Positions 20,609-31,700 of a stretch of DNA of 64,000 nucleotides are shown here, piece after piece. This DNA is from Deltaproteobacteria bacterium (GTDB lineage Bacteria; Myxococcota_A; Polyangia; Polyangiales; Houyiibacteriaceae): positions 16,834 to 80,833 of the forward strand of contig JAXMNT010000035.1 in the NCBI GenBank assembly GCA_034670305.1, written 5' to 3'. The notes under the pieces are model-generated. The model worked only from the letters and a program-made list of their open reading frames with translations. It made no database searches and was not told the DNA's origin. Within the stretch, counting starts at the first letter, position 1, and every line of letters begins with the position of its first letter. The position numbers and the translations under genes are program-made.

Positions 20609-21646
20609 CTAGCGGCGGCGGCGGAGGCACATCAGGGCGGCGGCCAAGAGCCAGGCTGCGGTGCCTCGGCCGCCGGCGGCGCAGCCGTGTGGCTCCACGG
20701 GCAGGGCGCTCGCGTCGACACCACCGGCGTCTTCGATCGGTCCGGCGTCGCGCTGGAGGGCGACCCGTTGAAGCGCGCCTTCGACCGCGTTCCGGTCGAC
20801 GACCGGCGGCCGCACGGTGACCACTGAGGTCGCCAGGCGGCGGTCGGTGTGCACGAGCAGGGCGCCCTCGACCTCGACCTCGTCGCCTGCACTCACGACG
20901 TCGCCCTCGAAGAAGAACCCGGTCGTTCGTCCGGACCCGAGCCGCACCGCTTGGGTCGCGCCGAGCTCGCTGAGCAGCACCGGCACGTCGACCCCGAGCC
21001 GACACCCACCCGCGCCGCCGGCGCCGCGGCCATCGCAGGTCATGAGGAAGAGTCGGGTGCCGTCCGCGTTCAAGGCCGCGACGGTGTTCGCCTGGCGGCC
21101 GACGTCCCACGCGAGCGCTTCTTCGGGGTACGACGCACCGTTGATGACCACATCGTCGGAGTCCGCGCGCGTGCGCTCCCAACGGAGCGTGCCGTCTTGC
21201 AGCAGGTGCGGACCATCGCCGGCACCCTCTTCGTCAGCGGCCGGCATGCCGATGCGCACCGCGGTGGGTTCGTCGTGCACGCTCTCACTGCCACCGACAA
21301 CCAGCGCCGGGTGGCCAGGACGAAGCGCGCGCGCGTCCACCGCCAAGTCGGCGCCGTTCGCTTCCGCGAGGGAACGGAGCGAGCCAGGACCTGCCACCCA
21401 GGAGATCCCCACCGACGCGTGGCTCAGATCCACGATCGCGACGTGGTAGTTCTGCCGCACCCCGGATGCGTCGACGCCGGAGCGGTGCAGATGCCGCACC
21501 CCATCCATGGTCAGCGTCCATCGGTCGACCCACTCAGCCGTCGTCCTGGTCGTCCTGGCCGCTTCCGCGACCGGCTGCGCATACGCGGGCGCACCCACAC
21601 AGAGCGTGGCGGTCGCGCAAAGAGCGAGGGCGAGGCGCATCGACAT
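20609..21646 (-). CDS. Secreted protein with degenerate phosphodiester glycosidase (NAGPA)-like domain and MYXO-CTERM-like tail
   Basis: Signal peptide AYA-Q; GPHLLQDG, LFLMTCDGR, LSELGATQAVRLGSGRT; tail GCAAGG..AAWLLAAALMCLRRRR. Confidence 0.65.
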   Translation of the reverse strand: MSMRLALALCATATLCVGAPAYAQPVAEAARTTRTTAEWVDRWTLTMDGVRHLHRSGVDASGVRQNYHVAIVDLSHASVGISWVAGPGSLRSLAEANGADLAVDARALRPGHPALVVGGSESVHDEPTAVRIGMPAADEEGAGDGPHLLQDGTLRWERTRADSDDVVINGASYPEEALAWDVGRQANTVAALNADGTRLFLMTCDGRGAGGAGGCRLGVDVPVLLSELGATQAVRLGSGRTTGFFFEGDVVSAGDEVEVEGALLVHTDRRLATSVVTVRPPVVDRNAVEGALQRVALQRDAGPIEDAGGVDASALPVEPHGCAAGGRGTAAWLLAAALMCLRRRR

Positions 21647-21702
21647 GGGTGTGGGTACAGAGGTCACGAATCGTCACTCGAACTGGGGGAGAAGCCGCCG
21701 CA

Positions 21703-22407
21703 CTAGAAGCAGCCACCTTCAGGGAGACACCAGGCGTCGCCCATCGTCGCACCGGTGGGCAGGACGACGATCACGTATCGGTTGGCCGCCACGAGGGCGC
21801 CGTCGCTTCGTTTTACGTTGTAGCGCCAAGAATATGCCCGGTTGCAGACCCGCGGCACGGCGTCTCCAAATGCGAAGCGCGCTTCGTACCCCAGCAGCGT
21901 CGTGCCCGTGACCGCGCGAAACACTTCGTTCTCCTCGTCGATGAGCGCGACGTTGTCGGGCGGGTCGGCGAACACTGGCAGCGACTCGACGTAGAAGGTG
22001 GCTGCGGTGGCCCCGCCGAGATCGGGGTCCCCGAGCGATTCGAACGCGCCGGTGTAGTTCTCTCCGCGGCCCCGGATGACCCGCTCGATCGAGACCTGCA
22101 GCGCCGACGCCGGGTTCTCCCTCAAGAAGAACACCGTGTCCCGGTCGGGCGAGGTGTTGCCGAGCGGGTTGAACCCGAGCGTGATCTCGGTCGAGTCGAG
22201 AAACCCGTCGAAGTCCGTGTCGGCCAGGAAGGGATCGGTGCCGCGTTCGCGTTCGGTCGCGTCGCAGAGCCCATCTTCGTCGGAATCGATCCGAGGATCG
22301 ACGAACCCATCCTCGACCACCGCGTCCTCGCCGCCTCCATCTCCCGGCGCCGTCGATGTTCCGCACCCGATCCCGAAGACCCAGAGCAGCAGAACGGAGA
22401 AGCGCAT
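21703..22407 (-). CDS. Lipoprotein with thrombospondin type-3-like Ca-binding repeats
   Basis: GIGC lipobox; DSDEDGLCDATE..GTDPFLADTDFDGFLDSTE. Confidence 0.75.
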   Translation of the reverse strand: MRFSVLLLWVFGIGCGTSTAPGDGGGEDAVVEDGFVDPRIDSDEDGLCDATERERGTDPFLADTDFDGFLDSTEITLGFNPLGNTSPDRDTVFFLRENPASALQVSIERVIRGRGENYTGAFESLGDPDLGGATAATFYVESLPVFADPPDNVALIDEENEVFRAVTGTTLLGYEARFAFGDAVPRVCNRAYSWRYNVKRSDGALVAANRYVIVVLPTGATMGDAWCLPEGGCF

Positions 22408-22536
22408 ACCGCTCCAGCCTGTCGAGTCCGCCCCCCAACGTCAATGCCCACGCCCGTCGAGCCCGTCGAGCGAAGCGAGCCGGCACCCGCCGAACGTCCG
22501 CCAGTCTCGCGAAGCGGCTCCCGCCCGTCGATTGGT

Positions 22537-23394
22537 CTAGACGGGCCGCAGGCGGCGCAAGCTGACGACGCGGCCGCCCTTGCCGCCCGGATCGACGGGC
22601 GGGAGCCGCTCCACGAGGCGTTCGATCCAGCCCGACGCGTGGATCATCGCTGCTTCCACGTGCAACTCGGAGAAGTTGCCGTCTTCGAAGATCAACACGA
22701 GCCAGTAGATCCCACCGAAGCCGCGGGCCAAGAAGCCGAGATCCGGATCGTGGACCGCCAGGCGGGTGCGCTCTCCTTCGTGCCCCTCGAGCATGCCTCG
22801 AAGCGACGTGACCCCTGCAAACCAGCGCAGCGCATCGCGCCACTCCTCTTCGGTCCGTTCCACGCCAGTCGCCGCCGCCCGCACATCGACGAACGCGCGC
22901 GCGAGCTCCTCCGGCAGTTCGCTCGGTTCGCCCGCGAGTTCCTTCGCGAGATCGATGTTCGACGCGTCCGCCATGGTCAACGCTTCGGCCGCCTGGCGGG
23001 CGTCGTGCATGTCCTCCGGGCCGCGGGCGGAGTGTCCCCAGATCATGGGAGACGATTCGTCCACGACCAGCGCGGTGCGCGCGCCAGTCTGCGTAGCGAC
23101 GACATCGAGGGCGTCGTCGAGTGCGCGCCGGGGCTCCATCATCGGCCGAGGTGGGGTGGAGGGGCGGTCGAGGGTGAACTTGAATCCGCGGATCAAGAGC
23201 TCGAGGCGACCTCTCAACGCGTCCAGCGAAGCCTCGGGCGGCTCGTCGAACACCACGACGAGCCGGTGGTCGTGGTCGGGAAGCACACACCAGAGCAGGC
23301 CATCGGCGGGTTCTCGGCCTCCGAGTTCGAGGCGCGCGTCGTCTGCGCCGAGCTCGCGTTTGACCACTTCCAACAGCCGAAGCACGTCTTCCAC
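22537..23394 (-). CDS. Hypothetical cytoplasmic protein (possible roadblock/LC7-like segments)
   Basis: Typical codon usage; LDDALDVVATQTGARTALVVDESS and FLARGFGGIYWLVLIF segments; GTG start inferred. Confidence 0.6.
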   Translation of the reverse strand: MEDVLRLLEVVKRELGADDARLELGGREPADGLLWCVLPDHDHRLVVVFDEPPEASLDALRGRLELLIRGFKFTLDRPSTPPRPMMEPRRALDDALDVVATQTGARTALVVDESSPMIWGHSARGPEDMHDARQAAEALTMADASNIDLAKELAGEPSELPEELARAFVDVRAAATGVERTEEEWRDALRWFAGVTSLRGMLEGHEGERTRLAVHDPDLGFLARGFGGIYWLVLIFEDGNFSELHVEAAMIHASGWIERLVERLPPVDPGGKGGRVVSLRRLRPV

Positions 23395-23615
23395 CGGGGC
23401 ACTGTGCCCGACATGGGCGGGCTCGTCATGGTTCTTCGTACGGTTGTATGGCCTCGACGCGAATCGACGGGGTTGGCCGCGGAGAAGCCAGATTGGACAA
23501 ACCTCCACAGTATGGTTGCGCTTTTTGCGGGTAAGGAGTGAGAATGCGCCCCCGGGCCGGATTCGAACCGGTGGGGGTTGAATGACGGCCGGTTCCCCGG
23601 AGGGATGAGCTTTTC

Positions 23616-24146
23616 ATGGCGGCAGCGAAAGAGATTATCTGCACGATTTGCGGGGCGAAGAACGACCCGGCTTCCAAGCGATGCACATCGTGCGGCGCGA
23701 AGGTCGACCCGCTCGACATGGGCCGGGAGCTCAGCGAGCAGGAGAAGCATGAGCGCCGCTATCAGCAGGACAGCTTCGACTTCAAGTGGGCCGCGATTTC
23801 ATTTGGGATCTTCGCGGTCCTGCAGCTGATCGCGCTGGTCCTTCTGCCGATGGTCATCGACAGCTACGACCCGCAGGGGTTGCCCGGCCTGTTGATCAGC
23901 GCGGCGGTCTGGTTCGTGGGCGGCGCGGTCGTCGGTTTGGTCTCGCCTGGCAAGACCTTCATCGAACCCGGCGTGGGTGCGCTCATCGCGGTCGTGCCGA
24001 CGCTCATCTACCTGAACTCGATCGCCGATGTGTACCGGCTCTCGCTCCTCGCCAACGTGGTGGGCGGCATGATCGGTGTGATGGTCACGCTTCTCGGCGG
24101 TTTCCTCGGCGAGAAGCTTCAGATGTCGACGCGCGGCCACGACTGA
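23616..24146 (+). CDS. Zinc-ribbon membrane protein (~4 TM)
   Basis: CTICGAKND..RCTSCGA followed by four hydrophobic helices; upstream GGAGG. Confidence 0.8.
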   Translation: MAAAKEIICTICGAKNDPASKRCTSCGAKVDPLDMGRELSEQEKHERRYQQDSFDFKWAAISFGIFAVLQLIALVLLPMVIDSYDPQGLPGLLISAAVWFVGGAVVGLVSPGKTFIEPGVGALIAVVPTLIYLNSIADVYRLSLLANVVGGMIGVMVTLLGGFLGEKLQMSTRGHD

Positions 24147-24817
24147 TGCGGCTGATCTGCGGTGTGGCGCTGGCGCTTCTGTGTGGAGCCGCCAATCTCC
24201 CAACCACCGCACACGCCGATGCCATTCGAGCGCCGGCCGAGTGTCCTGAACCTGGTTGGGTCACCCGGCGGGTGGGGCACGGCGGCTGGTGTTTTCCACG
24301 CGACTGTCAGACCGACGCCGAGTGTCCGGGCGGCGGCTCGTGCGAAGAGGTCGCGCGGTGTTTCACCCAGTCGACCTACTCGGCCGGACGCCGGCGATTC
24401 GAGCCCGGCGAAGAGCGGCCGACGCGCGCACGACCGGGCGAGCGGTGCAACGCCAACGGAACCTGCGGCCCGGACCTCAACGGCCGGCCCCCGCCTCCGA
24501 ACATGCCCACCTGCGAGACGAACCGCGAGTGTGTCTACGGGCCGGAGTTCGCATTGGACGCCCCATGGGACCGAGGCGAGACGACGCCGCCCCCGCGCCG
24601 CCTCCAGCCCGCGCCCGAGCCGGCGATGACCGAAGCACCCATGACCGAAGCGCCCATGACCGAGACCGCGATGAACGAGACGGCGATGAACGAAGCCTCG
24701 AGTGGAAGCGCGTCGGCCGAGACCGAGTCGTCGAGCTGTGCCGCGTCGGGCGCCGGTGGCGGTGGCGCGCTCGGGTTGATCGGCATGCTGTGGTTCGCGG
24801 CGCGACGACGACGCTGA
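24146..24817 (+). CDS. Cys-rich secreted protein with Met-rich linker and MYXO-CTERM-like tail
   Basis: TGATG coupling; signal peptide AHA-D; MTEAP/MNETA repeats; SSCAASG..LGLIGMLWFAARRRR. Confidence 0.78.
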   Translation: MRLICGVALALLCGAANLPTTAHADAIRAPAECPEPGWVTRRVGHGGWCFPRDCQTDAECPGGGSCEEVARCFTQSTYSAGRRRFEPGEERPTRARPGERCNANGTCGPDLNGRPPPPNMPTCETNRECVYGPEFALDAPWDRGETTPPPRRLQPAPEPAMTEAPMTEAPMTETAMNETAMNEASSGSASAETESSSCAASGAGGGGALGLIGMLWFAARRRR

Positions 24818-24861
24818 CGCAAGCGGGAGGCTGAGAGGGTCGGGACAGACTCAGCTTCCGC

Positions 24862-25005
24862 CCGAGGCCGAAGCCGAAGCCCGCGACTCGCGCGGGCCTC
24901 TGCGGCTGTCTGCTGCTGACTCTGCCGCTGTCTCTGCCGCCGTCTCTGCCGCCGTCTCTGCCGCTGTCTCTGCTGCTGACTCTGCCTTTGACTCTGCCGC
25001 TGTCT
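24862..25005. repeat. Intergenic hexamer array: short GCCGAA block, then CTCTGC/CGCTGT block
   Basis: Period-6/12 repeats between convergent genes. Confidence 0.75.
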
Positions 25006-25013
25006 CGCAGGCG

Positions 25014-26768
25014 TCAGCGACCGCTGCGGTAGAGGTGGCCCGGCCGGGCGCCTGTCAGCTTGCCGCCCTTGGTGATCGCTTGGCCCTTCACGAGCGTCGC
25101 GATGTAGCCGTCGGCGCCCTGCATCAGGCGCTGGCCGCCGGCGGGCAGGTCTTTGCGCATCTCCGGGTGCTGGAGCCGCAGCTGGTCGAAGTCGATGACG
25201 TTGATGTCGGCGCGCATGCCCGGGGCCAAGGTGCCGCGGTCTTTCATGCCGAGGAAACGCGAGGTGTCGTGGGCCTGCATCTTCACGATCTTCTCGAGCT
25301 CGATGCGGTCGTGGTCGCGGTCGCGCGCCCAGTGCTGCATCAAGAACGTCGGGAAGCTCGCGTCGCAGACGGTGCCGACGTGCGCGCCGCCATCGCTGAG
25401 CCCCGGGAGCGCCAGCGGATGGGTGAGCATCTCGTGCAGCACGTCGAGGTTCATGCCCGTGTAGTTGTAGAGCGGGAAGTAGAGCAGCGCTTTGCCGTCC
25501 TGCTCGAGCAGCGCGTCGTAGATCACACCGAGCGCGGACTCGCCGTTCTTCATCGCCTGGGCGGCGAGGCACTCGCTCACGTTCGGCTCGTAGTTCGGGT
25601 TCTCGCCGAGTCGGAAGAGCCGCATCGCGACCATGTCGATCTTCGAGAGCAGCTCGTCGGCGAGCGGCGGAATCGGGCTGCCATCGCCGGCGACCGGTTC
25701 CGACTTCTCACGGAGCATCTGAGCCCGGAACTCGGAGTCGCGCATCGCTTTGACCCGCTCTTCGAGCGGCAGATCGTGGATGCGTTTGTACGACGGGAAA
25801 CCCATGAACGGGTGAAAAGTCGCCTCGAGGCCGAGCATCACGCCGATGGCGCGCGCCGCGACCTGACAGCGGATCGTGAGCCCCTTCTTCGCGGCCGCTT
25901 CGGCCCGGTCGAAGATCCACTTCCACTGCTTGGGTGAGTGGTCGCGCTGCATCGTGGACATCGACATCGGGCGCCCGCCGGCCGCCGCGAGCATCGCCTC
26001 GAGCATGTCGAACTCGCTCTGAAAACTCTCGTCGCCCTGCAGCACGTTGAAGTCGCTGACCGCTTGCAACACGCCGTGGTCGAGACCGACGAACGCGCGC
26101 GCGAGCTCCACCAGTTCACGCGGGGTCGCCTCCGAAGCAGGCGTCGGTTTTCCGTCCGCGGTGCGGTGGTTGTCGCTGCGTCCGGTGCTGAAGCCGACCG
26201 CGCCCGCTTCGAGCGCTTCGCGCACCACTTGGCGCATCGCGATCATGTCGTCTTCGGTCGACGCTTCTTCGGCGAGCGCGCGTTCGCCCATGACGAACAC
26301 CCGCACGACGTCGTGCGGCACCTGGCACGCGAAGTCGATCGTGTGCGGCATGCGGTCGAGCGCGTCCATGTACTCGGGGAACGTCTCCCAGTCCCACGAG
26401 ATGCCTTCGGCGAGCGCGCTGCCGGGGATGTCTTCCACACCCTCCATCAGCGAGATGAGTTTCTCGTGGTCCTTCTCGTGGCAGGGCGCGAAGCCCACCC
26501 CGCAGTTGCCCATGACCGCGGTGGTCACGCCGTGCATCGAGGACGGCGTCATCTCTTCGTCCCAGCTGATCTGTCCGTCGTAGTGGGTGTGGATGTCGGT
26601 GAAGCCCGGCGTCACGACCGCGCCGCTCGCGTCCATCGTCTCGCGCGCCACGTCCGGGCAGTCACCGACCGCGACGATCATTCCATCCTTGATGCCGATG
26701 TCGCCGGTGAACCGGTCGCCCCCGGTGCCATCGACGAGGGTTCCACCTTTGATCTTGAGGTCGTACAT
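25014..26768 (-). CDS. N-acyl-D-amino-acid deacylase family amidohydrolase
   Basis: [52 protein letters not shown]. Confidence 0.92.
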   Translation of the reverse strand: MYDLKIKGGTLVDGTGGDRFTGDIGIKDGMIVAVGDCPDVARETMDASGAVVTPGFTDIHTHYDGQISWDEEMTPSSMHGVTTAVMGNCGVGFAPCHEKDHEKLISLMEGVEDIPGSALAEGISWDWETFPEYMDALDRMPHTIDFACQVPHDVVRVFVMGERALAEEASTEDDMIAMRQVVREALEAGAVGFSTGRSDNHRTADGKPTPASEATPRELVELARAFVGLDHGVLQAVSDFNVLQGDESFQSEFDMLEAMLAAAGGRPMSMSTMQRDHSPKQWKWIFDRAEAAAKKGLTIRCQVAARAIGVMLGLEATFHPFMGFPSYKRIHDLPLEERVKAMRDSEFRAQMLREKSEPVAGDGSPIPPLADELLSKIDMVAMRLFRLGENPNYEPNVSECLAAQAMKNGESALGVIYDALLEQDGKALLYFPLYNYTGMNLDVLHEMLTHPLALPGLSDGGAHVGTVCDASFPTFLMQHWARDRDHDRIELEKIVKMQAHDTSRFLGMKDRGTLAPGMRADINVIDFDQLRLQHPEMRKDLPAGGQRLMQGADGYIATLVKGQAITKGGKLTGARPGHLYRSGR

Positions 26769-26840
26769 CAGCGTTTCCTGTGCTCCTGGGAAGTCGTGGG
26801 GGCGGCAGGAAGTGAACCTGGTTCGCCCGGAACGAAGAGT

Positions 26841-26870
26841 ACCCTAGATCGTTTTAACCGGTCGGTCAAA
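26841..26870 (-). promoter_or_regulatory. Putative sigma70-type promoter for the amidohydrolase, overlapped by a palindromic TetR-type operator
   Basis: Minus strand TTGACC-N17-TAGGGT; near-perfect palindrome TTTAACCG-GT-CGGTCAAA (26853-26870) between divergent enzyme and TetR genes. Confidence 0.55.
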
Positions 26871-26904
26871 CCTCTCGGTCAAATTCTGTGCTACATGCGG
26901 TTTC

Positions 26905-27522
26905 ATGGGAGAACCGAAGGCCAAAGCGTCCTTGATCCTCGACGCCGCCGCCGCCGTGCTGGCGGAAAGTGGCTACGCCGGCCTGAGCGCGCGCGCGGTG
27001 GCGGAGCGGGCAGGCGTGAACAAGGCGCTCGTCTTCTACTACTGGGGCAGCACCAAAGAGCTCTTCGAGCGGGTGCTCGAACGCTACTACACCGCCCACA
27101 AAGCCAGCTTGGCCGAAGCTTTCGAACGACCGGGCACCGACCGCGAGCGCTTCCACCACGTCATCGACGTCTACCTCGACTTCATGGAGCACAACGTCGC
27201 CTACGCGCGCATCGTGCAGCAGCAGGTCGCGAGCCGCGGCGACCACCTGCCGCTCGTCGAGACCCATCTGCGCGAAGTGCTCGCGATGACCACCAAGGTG
27301 ATCGCGCCGGTCGCCGGCACCGGACCGCTCGCCCCGAGACACTTTCACCTGAGCTTGTCGGCCCTGGTCTTGAACTACTTCACCTACGCGCCGGTGCTCG
27401 GCCCGGATGAACGCGGCCGCGATCCCTTGAGCAACGAAGCACTCGAAGAACGACGCGCCCACGTGCACTGGGTCATCGACGCCTGGCTCGACGCGCTCGC
27501 GAAACAACGCGCCGCCAGTTAA
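26905..27522 (+). CDS. TetR/AcrR family transcriptional regulator
   Basis: ILDAA..LAESGYAGLSARAVAERAGVNKALVFYYWGSTKELF. Confidence 0.95.
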   Translation: MGEPKAKASLILDAAAAVLAESGYAGLSARAVAERAGVNKALVFYYWGSTKELFERVLERYYTAHKASLAEAFERPGTDRERFHHVIDVYLDFMEHNVAYARIVQQQVASRGDHLPLVETHLREVLAMTTKVIAPVAGTGPLAPRHFHLSLSALVLNYFTYAPVLGPDERGRDPLSNEALEERRAHVHWVIDAWLDALAKQRAAS

Positions 27523-27523
27523 C

Positions 27524-27730
27524 TCCGCTTCCGCTTCGGCTTCCGCTTCCGCTTCGGCTTCCGCTTCGGCTTCCGCTTCCGCTTCCGCTTCGGCTTCCGC
27601 CTCCGCTTCCGCTTCCGCTTCCGCTTCCCCTTCCGCTTCCGCATCCGCATCCGGGTCGGCTTCGGCTTCGGCTTCGGCTTCGGCTTCGGCTTCGGCTTCG
27701 GCTTCGGCTTGGGCTTCGGCTTCGGCTTCG
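27524..27730. repeat. Intergenic bipartite hexamer array: TTCCGC block, then TTCGGC block
   Basis: Period-6 repeats filling the gap between convergent stop codons. Confidence 0.92.
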
Positions 27731-27735
27731 CAGAG

Positions 27736-28713
27736 CTACCGGCTTCGCGCTGCCTTGTAGAGCGCCTGGCGGTGACCCTCGAACCGCCCCACCAACGACG
27801 GCGCCGCGGCGGCCACCGCTTGTACGAACCCCGCGGGGTGCGCGGACGTGCGTTCGATGCAGTCGCGCAGCTCGGTTTCGTTGCCGAGCAGCGCGTGCGC
27901 GAAGAGCCAGTACATCGCGTCGCCGTAGTGCGTCGCCACGCCGTCCTTCTGCGCCTCCCACACTGTGCGGGTGGGGAGCGAATCGATCGTGTGCGCGTCG
28001 AACCGTTTGTGCAGGAACCGCGTCATCCACCACCGCTCGGAGGCGCGCGCCATCGTGCGGTGCCACGTCTCGTCCCACGCGGTCTTCAGCGCGTCGTCCA
28101 AGACCGGCTCGGGCGGTTCGGACGGAACGACCGAGAGCACGAAGCAGTCGCGCACATCCTCCGTGTCCGGCTCGAACTCGGCGAGCTCGTCTTCGTCGAG
28201 TCCGTCCCTCTGCTCTTCGACCTGTTTCCAGAAACCCGCCGCCGCCTCGCACAAGAACGCGGACACGCTGGCGCCCCACGTGCCGACTTCGCGTTCGTCG
28301 TAGTACATCACGCCGCCGACGCCGGGCGCGTACTCGTGCACACACGCGAGCGCGTACATGAAGTCGCCGTACTGCAGCTGCGCGCCGATCGGCACGAGGC
28401 CGAGGAAATGGATGGTCGCTGCGTAGCGGCCGAGGTACCCGGCTTCGAGCGTCTTCAGAAACGCGTCCACGTCGGGCAAGCCGAGCGCGAACGACTCGAA
28501 ACCTCCGGGCAGCGGGATCTCCGGATGATCCTCCGCGTCGGGATGAAGCAGCGTCGGGGCGGCGCGCACGAACGCGCGGGTCTCTTCTGGGAGCGTGCCC
28601 ACCGCTTCGAGCAACTGCCGCAGCGTTTCCGTGTCTTCGTTCGGATCGGTCGCGCCGACGAGCTTCAGCGCCGCCGCGATCTCGGTCCCGCCCACATCGA
28701 GTGTCTTGGTCAC
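27736..28713 (-). CDS. Hypothetical acidic protein (possible SUKH/SMI1-like immunity fold)
   Basis: GTG start overlaps the upstream TGA (GTGA); LVPIG..YGDFMYAL..VMYYDERE..WGASVSAFL resembles a SUKH core. Confidence 0.6.
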   Translation of the reverse strand: MTKTLDVGGTEIAAALKLVGATDPNEDTETLRQLLEAVGTLPEETRAFVRAAPTLLHPDAEDHPEIPLPGGFESFALGLPDVDAFLKTLEAGYLGRYAATIHFLGLVPIGAQLQYGDFMYALACVHEYAPGVGGVMYYDEREVGTWGASVSAFLCEAAAGFWKQVEEQRDGLDEDELAEFEPDTEDVRDCFVLSVVPSEPPEPVLDDALKTAWDETWHRTMARASERWWMTRFLHKRFDAHTIDSLPTRTVWEAQKDGVATHYGDAMYWLFAHALLGNETELRDCIERTSAHPAGFVQAVAAAAPSLVGRFEGHRQALYKAARSR

Positions 28714-31700
28714 ACGCCCTCCCACGCGCCGACATCGGACGCGGCGGTTTCCCGTTCTGCCTCGAGCGTCACCTCGAAGAGGCGGCCCGAGTCGCACCCC
28801 ACGAGCACCCGACGCGGCCCGACGAACACACACCCCGCGAGTTCGTTCGACTGGAACCGTTTCAAGGCACCGAAGCGGCCGACCCGCCGGCCGCTCGGCA
28901 CCTCGTAGACTTCCAGGTTGCTCGAGCTTGGAATCGCCAAGAGCGTCCCGTCGGGCGAGAACGCGATGCGGTTGAAGAGCCCGAAACCGCACGCGATGCG
29001 AAGCAGCGGCGGCGTGTCCGGCGGCGCGTCGAAGTCGTAGACCCGCACGATGTGATCGGTGGCAGCGGACGCGAACCGGCGGCTCCCCGCATGGAACACG
29101 ATCGACGAGACGTTCTTGTGGTTGCCGCCGCGCGCGAGCCGGTCGCTGCCGTGGTCGGCCCGAGCCCACACCCGCGTACCGCCTTCGCGTCGAGTATCCA
29201 CAAGACACACCTGGCCGTCTTCGTTGCCGGTGAGCACGCCGAGTGCTCGGCCGTCGGCGCCGGGCACGACGCACAACGCGTTCAAGGTGTCGGTGCCGAC
29301 CTCGACCACCTCGCCGACCGTCGCCAGATCGGGAAGCGACGCGAAGCCGACATGGTCTCCCACCCGGTGCGCGATCTTCTCTGGACCCAGCACCGCGACG
29401 TCGTCGGCGCGCGCTTCGGTCTCTGCCAGCACCTCGCCGGTGTCGAGGTCGATGAGCCGCAGCCCACCCCGGGTGCCGAAGAGCGCGCGGCGCCCCGGCA
29501 CGAGCACGCCGTCTTCGACCGTGAGTCCGAGGTCCACGACCTCGCGGCCCGCCCCGTCCCTCCACTCGATGACGCTGCCGTCCCAGTCCGCGGTGAGCAG
29601 ACCGCCGTTTTCGCCCGGCAACATCACGACCACGCGCCGCGCATGGGCCACGTTCTCGATCGGCACGAGCGCACCGCCCTCGGCCACCGTCACCACGCCG
29701 CTCTTGCCCGCCGCAAACGCGCGCTCGCCATGGCACGCGAGCGCCCAGATCGACGCACCGCCTTCGATCAAGGTCGACTCGGTGTCGTCGCCGAGCTCCC
29801 ACCGGGTGAACGCGCCGCCCTGGGTGGTGGCGTACAACCCGTCCCCCTGGAACTCGAGCCGGGTGACCTGCGTCTGCAACAGCTTTCGGGTGAACGCGAA
29901 GCGCTTGTCTCCTTCCCCTTCCTTGCCGACCCAGATCCACTTGGAGTCGCCCGCGTACGCGAGCGTGCCGTCCTCCGCGTACGCGAGGGACCAGACCGAG
30001 AACTTCATGTCGAAGACCTCGGCCTCGCCGGTCTGCGGGTCGAGGATCTCCAGGGTATTCTTGTCGCCGCCCGAGCTCGTGACGTGCGACGCGAGCACCC
30101 GGCCATCCGGTCGGAAGACCACGTCCTGGTAGCAACCCGAACCGCTCGAGAACGACCACCGCTGGGTGCCGGTCCCGAGATCCCAGCCGATGAGTTTCGC
30201 GTCCTGGCCGCCCGTGACGAGCAACGTGCCGTCCGGTGAGACCGCAGCGCAGCGGGTCCCGTTCGGAACGCCGCCGTGGCCTTCGAGCTCGAGGGTGCGC
30301 TCGCCGGTCGCGACGTCGTACACCTCCACGTGTCCGCCATGAAAGGTGGCCGCGACGCGTTTCCCGTCGGGCAAGAACACGCAGTCGTAGGCCCAGTTCC
30401 ACCGGAGCTCGAGGCTGTGCAAGAGCGCGCCGGTGTGGGCGTCGAGCAGGCGCGCCGTGTTCTCTCCGACCGCGCAGAGCAGCGCGCCGTCCGGCGAGAC
30501 GGCGAGGCCGTTGATGTTCTGTCCGAGACTGAATGCGGGCGCGTCGAAGGCTTCGATCGTGGCGTGCCCCGCGTCGTCGGGTGCGACGTAGGGCATGTCG
30601 GGCCCGTCGAGGAACATCGACTGGATCCAGGGGTGCTCGGACCCGGCCAGCCATTCGGCGCGGTCGTCTTCTTCGAGACGCGAGAGGACCCAGAGCCGAG
30701 GCTTCTCCGGATCCGGCAGGTCCCCGTAGTAGCTCGCGCGGTACGCTTCGGTGGCTTCGATCTGGGTCCGGCACCACTGAACGAGGCGTGCTCGGACGTC
30801 GCGGTCGGGGTGTTCGAGCAGCGCCGCGAGGAGGACGTTCTCGAAGCAGGTCGCTTCGTTCTCGAGCGCCTCGAAGAGCGCATCCGGACCGTCTTCGGCG
30901 AGCACCTGCTGCGCGCGTACGCTGTCCCAGTAGCGTGGTTCGAGACCGCCTGCCGCGGCGCCCACTTCGCGCAGCAGCACGGTGGGGTGGGTCGAGAGGG
31001 ACTGCACCCACGCGAGATCTTCGGCACTCGAGTCGTCCGATGCGGCGAAGAGTTCGGCTGCCACCCGGTGCAGGACGAGCAGATCGTCGGCCTTCGGGTA
31101 GCCATAGCGCTGCACCCGAAGGGTGTCGCGCAGGTAGCGCGCGGCTTCGAGGCCCCTCGGATCCGGATCGCCCGCGCGGGCGCATACGAGCGCCGCCCCG
31201 GCGCGGAGCAACATCGTCTCGTCCGGGTTGCCCGCGAGCGAATCCAGATATGCGCGCACGTCGGTGACGTCGTCGCCGGCTCCCGTCAACGCCGCGATGC
31301 CCCAGAGCGCCGGCAGCGCGTCGTCGGTGCGGATCATAGAACCGAGTTGCGCGCGGATGGCCTTCGCGTCGAATCCCTGCTGTGAGGATGTGGACGCCAC
31401 TGCGGTTGCCGCCGCCACCGACGACACCGCGCGCATCAGGCTGAACACGGCGTCGAACGACTCGTGCAAGGGGTGGCTCGGGTCCTCTCCTGCGAAGAGC
31501 CGCGCGCAGCGCTCCCGCCAGAAGGCTGCGAGCGTGGAGACCGCCGTTTGGAGCCGTGGCGCCACGCGCAGGTCGCCCGCCAAAGCCAGACACACCGCGA
31601 GTTGGACCCGTTCCGGCAGGTCGTCGATCCCATCCAGCGCAGCGATCGCCACCGCGCGATCCTCGGGGTACGGCGACGCGGCCAAGCCGAACGGGAGGTG

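Noticed and set aside
23549-23604. tRNA gene or att site
   Set aside because: Only a T-loop-like motif; no D or anticodon arms, no CCA and no integrase nearby
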